Shown: positions 40,188 to 54,845 of the stretch, piece by piece
Layout of the letters: each line of letters opens with the position of its first letter
Position numbering within the stretch: position 1 is the stretch's first letter
From: Octopus vulgaris
Taxonomy: Eukaryota
Length of the DNA: 64,000 bases
Assembly: GCA_951406725.2 (NCBI GenBank)
Contig: OX597815.1
Location: forward strand, 118,854,001-118,918,000
Reading direction: 5' to 3'
Notes under the pieces: generated by a model
Databases searched by the model: none
What the model was told of the DNA's origin: nothing
Seen by the model: only the letters and a program-made list of their open reading frames with translations
Made by a program: the position numbers and the translations under genes

Positions 40188-43152
40188 CACTGAGAACATA
40201 TTAAATCAAGACAATCACGAAGCGAAGTCATCCTGTGCAGTCACATCAGAGCATCTCTGGGTAGGTGTAAATGATAATTCAAAAAGTGGATTAATACTAT
40301 CAAGGAATGGATTGATACTATCAGGTCGGATCTCGAATTGATATCTAGTCCTCGTATATACGGCGTTTGCTGTTGGAATCACAGCAAGTCGATCGTCTAC
40401 ACATTGAACGTCGGTGACCGTCAAGCGAGGTCGACTTTGGTTCCTGTCGTATATACACTGACTGGAGTTCCGGATGAACACTGATACGTGATAAAAGGGC
40501 AAAATCACGATGGAAAAGAACATTAAGAAAATTGAGAAAATGAAATATAGGTTGTATGTTCAAACTTCGTTTGTTCAAATTTCATTGTAATTATTAAGTG
40601 AGATTTGTCCCTTGTTTGCTTCACACCACAGAAATCAGAATTGAGCCCAAGGTTTATTTTAGACTTTTGATGCACTAAAGGATTAACTCTACTAATCATA
40701 CTACGAAGTGAAAATACCCCACGTGTATCCTCCTGTTCTGTTTCTCTAAGCAGAACAGGAGGGTACACATGGGATAGCAGAATCGTTGAAGAGATCATAG
40801 GAGTGGCTTTATAGGTGTAGGAGTGACTGTGTGGTAAGTAGCTTGCTTACGAACCACATGGTTCTGGGTTCAGTCCCACTGCGTGGCACCTTGGGTAAGT
40901 GTCTTCTGCTATAGCCTCGGGTCGACCAAAGCCTTGTAAGTGGATTTGGTTAATGGAAACTGAAAGAAGCCCGTCGTATATTTATGTATATGTGTGTATA
41001 TGTTTGTGTGTCTGTGTTTGTCCCCTCAACATCGCTTGACAACCGATGCTGGTGTGTTTACGTCCCCGTAACTTAGCGGTTGGGCAAAAGAGACCGATAG
41101 AATAAGTACTAAACTTACAAAGAATAAGCCCTGGGGTCGATTTGCTCGACTAAAGGCGGTGCTCCAGCATGGCCACAGTCAAATGACTGAAACAAGTAAA
41201 AGAGTAAAAGTGTATGACGAAAGATGTCCAGACAATGGACATAAGTGAAAGTAGTTTTTGATATTCTTTACGTAACAAGGGGGCAAGCTGGCAGAATCAT
41301 TAGCGACGCCGGACAAAATGCTTTCCGGCAATTCATCCATCTTTACGTTCTGAGTTCAAATTCCTCCAAGGTTGACGTTGTCCTTCGTCCTTTTATGATC
41401 GATAAAATAAGTACCAGTTGAGCACTGGGGTCGATCTAATTTACTTGTTCCCCTTCCGCGAAATTGCTGCCCTTGTGCCTAAATTTGAAACCGATATTCC
41501 TTAGGTAACATTTAGCAGAAATCTAGTAAATGCATAATCTAAAACTCTATTAAAGTTTCTAATATTTCTAGTTAGTACACCGGGCGAAATGCTTCGCGGT
41601 ATTTCGGCTGCCGTTACGTTGTGAGTTCAAATTCCGCCGAAGTCGACTTTGCCTTTCATCCTTTCGGGGTCGATAAATTAAGTACCAGTTAAGCACTGGG
41701 GTCGATATAATCGACTTAATACCTATGTCTGTCCATGTTTGTCTCCTCTATGTTTAGCCCCTTGTGGGTAATAAAGAAATAGGTATTTCGTCTGTCTTTA
41801 CGTTCTGAGTTCAAATTCCGCCGAGATCGACTTTGCCTTTTATTCTTTCGGGGTCGTTATATTAAGTACCTGTTGCGCACTGGATCGATCTAATCGACCG
41901 GCCCCCTCCCACCAAATTTCAGGCCTTGTGCCTAGAGCAGAAAAGAAAATTTCTAGTTAGCAATACCTTACATTTCACGTTTTACAATTTATCTTTGTGC
42001 ATAACTACGTTTACTTGATAGAGCCATGAAAACCACGTAATTTAAATAAATTGTTATTTCCCGTGACAAACAACATAATACATCATATAAGATACGTGAA
42101 AATGCCTTTATTTTATTTATCTTTTTATTGTTAGGAGGATTAGATGAAGCAACACAAGGTAAGTAACTAGATTTTAATGAACGAAAATATTGCAAGCCAG
42201 AGGGGAAATAACCGTTAATAGAAATTACATTTTGAAGGTAAATAAATCAACTGGTTTGGTATAAGGGAAGTAACTCTTAATTTTTTTTTCTAATCAACTT
42301 TGTCAGTTTTGCCAGTGAACAGGTTGCGGTTTCAAAGCGACGAAAATATTTTGACAAATTAAATTTAAATGTTGCAGGAATTTATTTTTGAATAAATATG
42401 GAAAATATTCATATTACCGATGGAAGCACTATTGATGCGGAATGGCAGTTTTTATATCCTACTTAATGTGTAATTTAATATCACGCTCTTTTCTTATTCT
42501 CTGACTCGCATTCATATATGGAAATTACCAAAACCAATTGAGAATTAAATTAATTGCTAAGTAGCAACAATAAACGCACTTCAGTTACATTTTTTTTTAA
42601 ATAACGTTTATGCAAATTAAATAAATAAATAAATAAATAAATAAAATCCTTCTCCTAGAGCATGAGATGAAACAGTGCACGGAATAGAATTTTTTTTTAT
42701 AAAAGCCGTTCTTAACTACATCTCATGTCATAGTTCAGTCCCACTGCGTGACACCTTGGGCAAATATCTTTTACTATAACTTCGGAGAGGATTTCGTTGA
42801 TGTAAACTGAAGGAAGCCCGTTATACAAGAGTTATAAGATCTGGGCTACGTATACTTCACTTTCAATTTTGCTACTTTTGAGGTTCCGTCCGCTATGAAA
42901 CATATGTAGCCCGAATCTTACCTACTCCATTCCGTAATTCTTGTATTATTATTCGTACATCCAAGAACTCTGGTCACCTACCGTGGAATATAAAAATAAC
43001 TTTTTTTCAGCTTGTCGTTCATCGATACGAAAAAAATCCACAATCTTCCGTCTCATCGAACCACTATTGTCCCTGAAAGCTGTTTTTTTATGTTTACTAC
43101 GGATTGTTTGAAGCTAACTTTCTTCCTACACCTCGATCCTTGGATCTTACAG

Positions 43153-43194
<42 letters not shown>

Positions 43195-43199
<5 letters not shown>

Positions 43200-43818
43200 A
43201 GATAAGAAAATGGAGAAATACATCTAAATCAAATATCAATTACCAGATAATACTCAATCACATACTTTATTAAACCACTACATAAGAGACTGTAGGGTTA
43301 AATATAAAAGCAGAACAAAACAGTGTGTACACTAAAGGGATGTACATAAAAAAGTGTACATAAAAGAGTAATGTTGTATAATATGTGGAATATATATAAA
43401 AGAGAATATATATATAAGTAAATATAAATATAAGTATAGATTACATCTTATAGCTGTTTCGGCCATGTAGATAGGTATGTCTCATTTTACCAATATTAGC
43501 CCTTTATGGTAATATTGGTAATATTGGTAAAATGAGACATACCTATCTACATGGCCGAAACAGCTGTAAGATGTAATCTATACTTATATTTGTATTTACT
43601 TATATATATATTCTCTTTTATATATATTCCGCTTATTATACAACATTACTCTTTTATGTACACTTTTTATGTACATTCCTTTATGTACACTGTTTTGTTC
43701 TGCTTTTATATTTAACCCTACAGTCTCTTATGTAGTGGTTTAATAAAGTATGTGATTGAGTATTATCTGGTAATTAATATTTGATTTAGATGTATTTCTC
43801 CATTTTCTTATCTTGTAT
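43195..43818. repeat. Near-perfect 300-bp-arm palindrome derived from a PLE terminal repeat
   Basis: Arms 43195-43498 and 43519-43818; contains CCGAAAC-AGCT-GTA (43555-43568), the 3' half of a hammerhead; abuts (TA)n. Confidence 0.88.
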
Positions 43819-43987
43819 TAGTAATTTGTGGTAAATCATTTTATCTTTGCCCATATAATACAGTAAATGAATTGATTGCATCGCAGTCATTGACATTTAT
43901 GTATTAACTTTGTTGGGTACTTCACTAGCAGTATATTGGATATATGTTATCCCATGGAGGGTTGCATTTACAACCCCTATCTCAATT

Positions 43988-44045
<58 letters not shown>

Positions 44046-44067
44046 TGTATGTATGTATGTATGTATG

Positions 44068-44137
<70 letters not shown>

Positions 44138-44152
44138 CATATATATATACAT

Positions 44153-44208
<56 letters not shown>

Positions 44209-44592
44209 GTATATATATGTGTGTGTGCATGTGTGCGTGTCTCTGTGTTTGTCCCTGAACACCGCTTAACGACCGTTGTTGGTGTGTATACATCCATGTA
44301 ATTTAGAGTTTCGACAAAACACAGAGATAAAATATATGTATCAGGCTTTTAAAAAATAGTACTGGGGTAGACTCATTCGACTAAAATTCCCGAGAAAGTA
44401 CTCCAGCGTGGCCGCAGTTAAATGGCTGAAACAAGTATTTAGCAGTTGTAGGCAGCAAATTTGTTGTGTCTGTAGAGCACTGGACAAACCGCTTTGCAGA
44501 ATTTATGCAAGCTTCTTTCGTTCTGAGTTCAAATTCCAATGTGCCCCACCTCCCCACTTTTAATAGATTAATAAATGTATGCATCCGTTTAA

Positions 44593-44910
44593 CCCTTTCG
44601 TTACCAAGCCGCCCGAATTTACCTATTCATATTTAAATGAGAATATCAGAGCAAATCTCTTTAGTACATTCGTGAAAACACGTATTATACTTCGTAAACA
44701 CTTCAACTACAGTTTTGTACAAAAATCGAAGTGTAATTTTAATTCCGTGAATTATGGGAGATTTTTTTCCGAAATTTGTTCCTATTGTGTTTTCAAAATT
44801 TGTAATTCTGACAAAAAATGGATACGAATTTCATTATATCAAGCAGCGAGTCAGAATTCGAAGGATTTTCTACTGAAGACCTTCATAAATCTAACTCTAT
44901 GACTGAAAAA
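44593..44910 (+). mobile_element. Possible piggyBac left end
   Basis: TTAA|CCCTTTCG terminus and acidic start MDTNFIISSSESEFEGFSTEDL; no right end found. Confidence 0.45.
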
Positions 44911-44918
44911 AAAAAGCA

Positions 44919-45311
44919 TCTTTATATAAGAGTGAAGTTGTGTGTCTGTCTCCTACGATTTAGATTCCTAACTACTCCCACATTTTGCGGTGCAGTGTAA
45001 CCAAAAGCGGGTATCTTATAGTCGTGATTCATATCGAGCCCTTCTGGGTATTAGCGTGCGTCTACGATGAGTCTACGATTTTAAAAAAATTTACCATCAT
45101 ATTTTTCCATTTTAATGCATTTTTTCGCTTTTATATAAGGGAAGTAACTCTCTAAAAATATCTACGATGTGTCAACGATTTAAAAAAAAATTTACCTTAA
45201 TTTTTTTTCAATTTTTAATGCATTTTTTTGCTATTTTTGGCTATAACTCTCTAAAAATGCTTATATAGTTATTTCCCTTACAACCCGAGCAACGCCGGGC
45301 GATACTGCTAG
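44919..45311 (+). mobile_element. Non-autonomous Helitron
   Basis: A|TC start, subterminal hairpin CCCGAGCAACGCCGGG, CTAG|T end. Confidence 0.85.
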
Positions 45312-48300
45312 TCAAATAATAAAAAGCAACATAGAATGAACAACGAAACAAATGTTACGATATCGGACACCATAGTGGAAATGGATGCTTTGTTGAATTT
45401 CTTTCGGTTCTTATGTTCTGAGGATAAATGGAACTTACATTTTAATTTTATTTATTCATTTATTTATTTATTTTCAATTTAAATAAAATAATTTTTATTG
45501 TTAGGCGGAGGCATGGCTGTGTTGTAAGAAGCTTGCCTTGCAACCACGTAGTTTCAAGTTCAGTCCCAAAGCTCGGTACCTTGGACAGAAGCGTCTTCTA
45601 TTACAGTCCCGGGTCGACTAATGCTTTGTGAGTGAATTTGGTACACAGAAACCGTGTGGAAATCCATCATAAATATATATGATGGATACGCACAGATACG
45701 GACACGCACACACACACACACACCGCGCGCACGCACACGCATGTGTATGTGTGTGTGTGTTCGCGTTTGTACGTATCTATGCGTCTGTGCTTGTGTGTGT
45801 ATGTGTGTGTGTATGTGTGTGTGTGTGTGTGAATGTGTCTGCATGTGCATATGCTCTCGCATGTGTGTGTGTGTGTTCGCGTTTGTACGTGTCTGTGCGT
45901 CTGTGCTTGTGTGTGTTAGAACAAGTACCAGACTTTAAAAAAATAAATACTGGAGTCGATTTGTTTGACTGAACCTTTTAAGACGGTGTACCAGCATGGC
46001 CGCAATCCAATGACTGAAACATGTAAAAAATGAAATTTTCCAAATTTACTTTTAAAATTCTATTCTTTTCTACTCTAGGCACAAGGCCCAGAATTTTTAG
46101 GGAGAGTGCCTAGTCGATTAGATAGACTCCAGTACGCGACTGGTACTTACTTTATCGACCCCGAAAGGATGAAAAGCAAAGTCGACCTTGGCGGAATTTG
46201 AACTCAGAACGTAAAGACAGACGAAATACCTATTTCTTTACTACCCACAAGGGGCTAAACACAGAGAGGACAAACAAGGACAGACAAACGGATCAAGTCG
46301 ATTATATCGACCCAGTGCGTAACTGGTACTTATTTAATCGACCCCGAAAGGATGAAAGGCAAAGTCGACCTCGGCGGAATTTGAACTCAGAACGTAGCGG
46401 CAGACGAAATACTGCTAAGCATTTCGCCCGACGTGCTAACGATTCTACCAGCTCGCAGCCTCAAATTTATTGGAAATTAACTACATTTTCTGGCGTATTT
46501 CGGGTCATTTCCAGTTACTGTTTATTGCCTTTTAATGTCATTTCTAATTTTCTTCTGACTCGGAATTGCGGATTTAATTAAAAACATTGCATTTTATTTT
46601 TGGTTCTTCGTGTTTTTTGACTTCGTTTCATCCCTCCCATGCTTACTTTGAAAAGTGTAAAATGATTGGAAGTTAAGAGAAAGCCATGAAATCTTACTTT
46701 TTCCACTCATAGGCCTGTAGCCATACTGGAACACCGTCTTCAAAGATTCTAGTCGAACTAATCGACCCCATTACTTATGTCTTCTTTTTAAAGTCGAGTA
46801 CTTATCCTATCGGTCTTATTACTGAACCGCTGAGTTACGGAGACGTAAACAAAACAATACCGGTTGTCAAACTGTGGGTATATGTGATACGCAAACACAT
46901 ATATGACAGCCTTCCACACAGTTTCCATCAACCAAATTCCTTCATTAGACACTCTAGTAGAAGTACCGCGCAGTGTTTGCAAAGCTAGTTTCTTAACCAC
47001 ACATTATATCATAAATTATTATGTTGGTGCAGGAAGGCGGCGAGCTGGAAGAATCATTAGCACGCCGGGCGAAATGCGTAGCCGTATTTCGTCTGCCGTT
47101 ACGTTCTGAGTTCAAATTCCGCCGAGGTCGACTTTGCCTTTCATCTTTTCGGGGTCGAGAAATTAAGTACCAGTTACGCACTGGGGTCGATGTAATCGAC
47201 TTGGTCCGTTTGTCTGTCCTTGTATGTCTTCTCTGTGTTTAGCCCCTTGTGGGTAGTAAAGTAATAGGTATTTCGTCTATCTTCACTTTCTGAGTTCAAA
47301 TTCCGCTGAGGTTGACTTTGCCTTTCATCCTTTCGGGGGTCGGTAAATTTATCGACTAGTCCCCTCCCTACATATTTATTTGAAACATTTGATTCTTCAG
47401 ACAGTGTAAAAGCCCAGATAAGTAGCATGGAATGTGTGGTCTTAGGATACAGCATCTCTGAAAGCTGTAGCCCTTGTTATACACTTGTCACTTCTTAGAT
47501 AACAACTCTGAAGATTTGTTATCTTTTACCTTGTACTTTATGCGAGGAGAGGCAAACAATCTTAACCACAGAGTGAAATCACAGACATCACCTATTTAAA
47601 TTTCATAATCATACTATACGACTATGTAAGCAAGAATTCAACAAATTCTAATACATTGTCTTCTATTCCGTTTTCATATCGCAAAAAAGAAACTCTTTTG
47701 GTTCGACTTCGATCCAGTCTCACGGCACGAAGTATAAATGATACCTCACCGAGCATTTAAAAAGAAACATATCAGTAACATCGATGCAGATTTGGCAGTA
47801 TAGTTAAAAACTATAACTATGTGTTTCTGGGTTCGGTCTCGCTATGTGAATCATTGGTACTATAGCCTCAAGCTGATTAATATTTTGAGTGAATATAGCA
47901 GACGGAAGCAGGATGGAAGCCCATCGTGTACATACATACATACATACATACATACATGCATACATACATACATACATACATACATACATACACCCATACA
48001 TACATACAAACATACATACATACATACATACATACATACATACATACATACATACATACATACATACATACACACACAAATACACGTACCCTTGACACGT
48101 AATGATGCCACAAAGTTTTCTTCGTCTTAATGTTCTTCTTTCTCCTCTTGATGCTTTAATCTCCATATTACCTCCACCCTTTTCTCTTGTATACTTACTT
48201 TAACTCCCACTCTTCAACTTTCAGTTCTTAGAAGCCTTTATTTCTCTTTTTCGTTCCCCCTCTCTATACATATGATATATAAACACGCATACAGGCACAT

Positions 48301-48383
48301 GCATGCATGCATGCATCCATCCATACATACATACATACATATATAGATACATACAATGCATGCAGTCATACATTTGTGTGTGC

Positions 48384-48440
<57 letters not shown>

Positions 48441-48588
48441 CACACACACGCACACATATGTATGCATAGCATATGTAACGAATGCTATGTTAACTCTGTG
48501 TTATCTACATCATAAAAAAAAATTGACACAGTAGTAGTATTAACAGATATCTAAGAATATATTTCATTCTAAAATATATAAGAATATT

Positions 48589-48847
48589 TTATACAAATTT
48601 TGCTCGAAGAATCTGTGATATGTTAGACTTTGGATTTGCGTAAAGTAAAAATATGTCCTGTTTGATATGAAATACTTCAATGTCAGCAGATGGCAATACT
48701 TTCATTCGATGAATCGGTACAAACTGATCAACTCCCTGCCAACGGTAAATCACGCTGTAATGCTCATGGGGGTCATTAGAATTTTGTGCATTTGTCACAA
48801 CAAGGTATTTCTGGTCGCCAATACTGAAGAACTCCCAATCGATTGCG
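48589..48847 (-). CDS. TSPEAR: TSPEAR-like, last coding exon with stop
   Basis: Encodes (S)AIDWEFFSIGDQKYLVVTNAQNSNDPHEHYSVIYRWQGVDQFVPIHRMKVLPSADIEVFHIKQDIFLLYANPKSNISQILRAKFV*, resembling the vertebrate TSPEAR C-terminus as I recall it (SALDWEFFSVG...SIIYRWQG...LSRVLRL). Acceptor tttttgtag|C, 259 nt. Confidence 0.93.
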
Positions 48848-49307
48848 CTACAAAAATAAAGAAGCAAGCGTTGAAGTATATGTATAAATAATATATAAAT
48901 AAATATGAATAACTATTGAAAAGGTTGCAAGACGCAACGAAAATTTTAGGAAAATAAAAATAATAAAGAAGTGGAAATTTTATCGGTGAGCGTGTTATAT
49001 TGTAAGGCACAAAAAGAAAATGACTCTCCCCAGACAATAGAATATGCTTCAACGCACGAACTCACATAAAGAATCTTGCAAACCAAACCCAAAAACGAAA
49101 TATGAATAAATAATAAATAAATAAATTAATTAATGAAGAATTTGATGATAAGGTGTAAATTTTCATGTTGGGATTTTAGACTAATTTGCACTAACATTAA
49201 ACTTAAAGTACGACTGAATTTGAAGAGCTTTCTCAGTATTTAAAGCACATCGATTCAGGTTGGATAGCTGCTTAGCGAAGATGACAAATATATGTTTATC
49301 CATCCGC

Positions 49308-49625
<318 letters not shown>

Positions 49626-49673
49626 CCCCCTCTCTCTTTATACATATATTACAATTCCATATTGCTACTGTTG

Positions 49674-49735
<62 letters not shown>

Positions 49736-51024
49736 GGTGTAAAAGTAGGTATACAGTAGGCATCACATCAACGTTATAATACTTAATTCGTTAAAAATTT
49801 TTAGCACATTAAATTAGTTAGCCTCATTTTTGATATTTTCAGTGTCATTAATCATAATAATACATTTATCATAACTATAATAATAATTTTATCGTAACTT
49901 TTAATTCTTTTGATAAAAAATAAATGAGTATTGTATGTGTTTTCCTTTTTCATAACTGTATACCTACTTTTACACCACACCGTATATATATAGTTTGTTT
50001 GCTGCCTGAAGTTGTAATCTTACACGTTCAACTTTTGGTGTTTTGTAGCATCTTAAAGGAGTTAGTAGAATTGATTTTGAACTGTACAAAGCCGGGGAAG
50101 CAAGGAGGATTGAGCGAAGTGGTGATAGTTCGCTCCAGGCGATGCTTTTATGAGATGGTGGTGAGGCACAAGTGAGTCTACTGCATAAGCCTGTTTAGGT
50201 TTGTTGAAATTCGGGGGATGCAGGAATGAGGGTGGTGAAACAAACTCAAGTGCTGTTCCAGAGAGCACACATTCTAGCTACGCTACGGATTTTGAATTTA
50301 ATTATCGAAGATGAATAAATGAAAGGGAATTGTCGTTGAAAAAGGAATTAAAATGGTTCTCAGTTCTAAGAGGTCGATATGTTTGGTTGAAGTTTGTATA
50401 TTGCATCTTTTATCTTTTACTTGCTTTAATCATTAGACTGCATCTATGCTGAATCACTTTGGAATGAATTTGAAGAGGTGAATATATAATGTGAATTTAG
50501 ACGAGAGCTTGTCTGTATTTTTGAGTTATTGAAAGTAACATGTTGTTGATATATATTTTCAGGCAAAATACAACGAAGTCTATCAACGAAAAGGTAAGGA
50601 AATGAAATTTATGGACAGTGTACCCTTGTTCAAAAGAGGATAGCAAGTTAGAAAGTTAGAAAGTTAGAAAGTTAGAAAGATGATTATAGCGATGGCTGCA
50701 ATCTGTTGAAATTCTGGTTTGATAAGGTAAGAAATACGCGTTCTGTAAACGCATAATACGACGGAATGATCCGAAAAAAAATTGTATAGAACCAGTATGT
50801 AGAGAAATGAGCAATTATATTAAAATGCGAAACGCAACACTTCTGTGCTCAATTCAAGGGTAACTACTTCGCTAAAATTATCAAGAAAACTGAACTCCAG
50901 ATTGTTAATGGAAGTAATTGTCTTCAGTTACCTCCCTTTCATCAACTTGCATTATTCTCTTGTCCAGTATAGTAAAACTAAGTAATTACAGTAAAATGGG
51001 GTACATTTATACCTTCCTTCATCT

Positions 51025-51577
51025 GTCCCGGTGGCGAAATTTTTTCCCACGAGAGTTTCGGACCCCAGTTATAAACTCATTTGCATAGAGCCAATCAGAG
51101 CTAAACTATCAAGCTAATTTATGAGTGCATAACAAGTGACGGGCGATAAGATAAGGTCATTTGGGTAAGGAATGACCATGCTTCTTTTCACTTTTAAGAA
51201 TGCTTGTTGTTCTTGATCTTGTTTCAACCATGGTTGCCTCTGCGTAGTTATTTGTGTTGTTGTTTACTTTCTAAAACAGTAAGAGGAGAGGGTTGCTAGC
51301 ACATCACCCTCTACCCACATTTTCCTCATCCACATCTTTACCATATGGGGTCCTAACAAAATCCGATAATGCGTATAGATACAAATCTGTTTAAGTACTT
51401 GTCTCCTAAAATCAAGCATAACTTAGCGATCGGTCGATTTACATCTCCGTTCTTCGTCCTGAGTTTACTTGGTAAAGTGTGTTTGTTAACTTGACAACAA
51501 GATCAAGGTGAGTTCTGATTGGCTGTATGGAAATGAGTTCATTATTGCGGTCCGGAACTCTCGTGTAAAAAAAATTG
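51025..51577 (-). mobile_element. TIR DNA element, copy 2 of 22766-23272
   Basis: Diverged reverse complement of copy 1 along its whole length. Confidence 0.75.
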
Positions 51578-51585
51578 TATCCAGG

Positions 51586-51635
<50 letters not shown>

Positions 51636-51966
51636 GGGCTTAATCGAAGAAATTGATCCCAATACTCATGTTTTTTTTATCCTGGTACTTATTCTAAATA
51701 CCCTCTTTTGCCGAACCGCTAAGTTACAGAGGCATAGACTAACCAACACTGGTTGCTAGACGGTGGTGGGGTACAAACACCCCCCCACACACACACGCAC
51801 GCGCACAGACGCACACGTATGTATATATACGTATATGTACATATATACATACATACACGATGGGATTCTTTCAGTTTCTGTCTATCAAATCCACTCCTAA
51901 GGTTTTGGTCGGCCCGAGACCATAGTTGGGAACATTTGTTACGCAGCGAGGATGTGCCCATGAAAT

Positions 51967-52026
<60 letters not shown>

Positions 52027-52030
<4 letters not shown>

Positions 52031-52785
52031 GAAAAGGACAGCAAAAACCAAGGCAGGACGAGTATCTCAAATCATTTAGAATATTTAATTAGAGTAAAGT
52101 GAATTTGAGTTAATTAATTAGTTATTATTGGATGTCTTACACCTGTTTCTGGGATATGCCAAGTGATAGGTTAGCATCTCAATACACTGGGTATTTCGTC
52201 ATCAGAGACAAGGTCAGTATTTATGAAAGTTCTAGACAGGGAATTCACAGTTTATAAACGAATAAAACAGTAGATAGAAGAATACAGACAGGAGAATAAA
52301 GTTCACAGCTCATCTTCTTCCGTCAAGGTATAGTTCCTTAAGTATTAATCGATTCCTTCAACATGAACGCAACATTCAAAATACAACCAAAATATTGCCT
52401 GGATTTACCAGGGATTATACTTAAGGACTTATACCTTCACAGAAGTACGGACCAGCCTATATACCTTCTCGAAGAAGATGAACAATGAACTTTATTCTTC
52501 TTTCTGTATTCTTCTACCTATTGTTTTAATCTTTATTTTTCTGTCTACTATTTTATTCCTGTATAAGCTGTAAATTCTCTGTCTAGAACTTTCATGCATG
52601 CTCATCTTGTCTCTGATGACGGTATACCCAGCGTATGGAGATGCTAACCTATCACTTCGGATATCTCAGAAACACCTGTAAGACATCAAATAATTAATTA
52701 ATTGATTACTTCAAATTCACTTTACTCTAATAAAAAATGACTTGTTATATTCGTCATGCCTTGGTTTTTGTTGTCCTTTTCCTCT
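52027..52785. mobile_element. Inverted pair of PLE terminal repeats, each with a hammerhead motif (TSPEAR last intron)
   Basis: Arms about 52027-52348 and 52413-52785; UGUCU-CUGAUGA...GAAAC-AGGU-GUA-AGACA at 52133-52210(-) and UGUCU-CUGAUGA...GAAAC-ACCU-GUA-AGACA at 52608-52685(+). Confidence 0.8.
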
Positions 52786-53224
52786 AATATATACCTGCTA
52801 ACTCGGAAGTCTAATACTGATCCCTAGCTCCAGCCTCAGCTGTGAAATTGGAACCTAACAGATGACCTATTCGTTTAGATCACCAGTGAACCAAACCCTT
52901 CATATTCTATATATTAGCGGATCGTGAAAAGAGACCGATAGAACTTGTACCAGGCTGGAGTTGATTTGTTCGACTAAAAATTCGTCAGAGCGGTGCTCCA
53001 GCATGGCCGCAGTCTAAGACTGGAAGAAGTGAAAGATAATAGACAGGCAGGCAGACATATATATTTATATGTGTGTATGTATGTATGTATCTATGTATGT
53101 ATGTATGTATGTATGTATGTATGTATGTATGTATGTATGTATGTATGTATGTATGTATGTATGCATGCATGCATGTATGTATGTATGTATGTATGTATGT
53201 ATGTATGTATGTATGTATGTACGT

Positions 53225-53586
53225 GGAGGCGCAATGGCCCAGTGGTTAGGGCAGCGGTCATAGGATTGCGGTTTCGATTCCCAGACCGGATGTTGTGAGT
53301 GTTTATTGAGTGAAAATCACCTAAAGCTCCACGAGGCTCCGGCTGTACTCTTTCACCACAACTTTCTCTTACTCTCACTTCCTGTTTCTGTTGTGCCTGT
53401 AATTCAAAGGGCTAGCCTTGTCACACTCTGTATCACGCCGAATCTCCCTGAGAAGTATGTGAAGGGGTACCCGTGTCTGTGGAGTGCTCAGCCAATCGCA
53501 CGTTGATTTCACGAGCAGGCTGTTCCGTTGATTGGATCAACTGGAACCCTTGCCGTCGTAAGCGACGGAGTGCCAGTAAAAAAAAT
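53225..53586 (+). mobile_element. tRNA-derived SINE (head A, tail 2) within a (TATG)n array
   Basis: GGAGGCGCAATGGCCCAGTGGTTAGGG...GGTTTCGATTCCC head as at 2031; A-rich end. Confidence 0.8.
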
Positions 53587-53881
53587 TAAATGTATGTATG
53601 TACGTACGTACGTACGTTCGTATGTATGTATGTATGTATGTATGTATGTATGTATGTATGTATGTATGTATGTATGTATGTATGTATGTATGTATGCATG
53701 TATGTATGGTTGTATGTATGTACCCACACACACATACAAAGTAAAAAGGAAGAAAAGAAAGGAAGGAAGGATGAAAGGAAGAAAGAAAGAAATGAATAAG
53801 AAAGAAAGAAGAGGAAGATAAAAGAATCAATGAATAAGGCGATAGTATTACTTCACAGTGCGAAAGTACAAATAGACTTAC

Positions 53882-54069
53882 CTATAGGTTGGGATACTCT
53901 GGAATTTCTCAAAGGCTTTCTTTTGAATATTCAATTTGTACACTGTTGATTTTGTATTGTAAGTGTTGATTTTTTTAAAGTTTTGCGGTCCAAAATTGTA
54001 ACTGTTTGCCACAACCAAATAATGATCATCGTTGATAGTGAAATACTCCCAATCCACAGCACCCATTGT
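53882..54069 (-). CDS. TSPEAR: TSPEAR-like, internal coding exon
   Basis: Encodes TMGAVDWEYFTINDDHYLVVANSYNFGPQNFKKINTYNTKSTVYKLNIQKKAFEKFQSIPTY(S). Acceptor ttttcag|ACA, donor AG|gtaagt, 188 nt, phase 0 to 2. Confidence 0.93.
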
Positions 54070-54200
54070 CTGAAAATTAAAGCAATAAAAACGATATTCA
54101 ATGTGTATGTAGCTATTATCATCTGTCGTTTTTTAAAAACTTGTTTCAGTCATTAGACTGCAGCCATGCCTGGGTAGCGCCTTGAAGAGTTTTAGAAAAA

Positions 54201-54301
<101 letters not shown>

Positions 54302-54845
54302 CATTATTATTATTATTATCAGTATTATTATTGAGTGAGAGAGCAGTGCATGCCATCAAAGTGACACTGGGGTAAAATATACAAAGCCCAGTATACCCAT
54401 CAAGCCTAGTATTTATTCTATCGAGCTTTTTGCCGAATCGCTATGTTACGGGGACATAAACACACCAACACTGGTTGTCAAGCGGTAGTGGAGGACAAAC
54501 ACATACACAATGACACACACACACATATACACACATATTCACACACACGCACACGCACACGCACATATAAATATATATAAAGTGCCACACAGCGGGACTG
54601 AACCCAGACCGATGCTGGGAAGCAAACTTCTTACCACACAGCCACGCCTGCAGTTAATTCATAAAAGGGGTCTTTAGTTGAAATTTTGATTTAGAGATTT
54701 AGTCGGTCATTCTTTCACCAAGTGCATATCCTCTAATTTTCTAGGAAATGCATAAACGTCCAAACATTCCCACGTTTCTCTTCTAGTAAAGATTTCATTA
54801 ATGTATCACAATTAGCAATAATTTCTGCAATTTCGAAGTGGCGAC

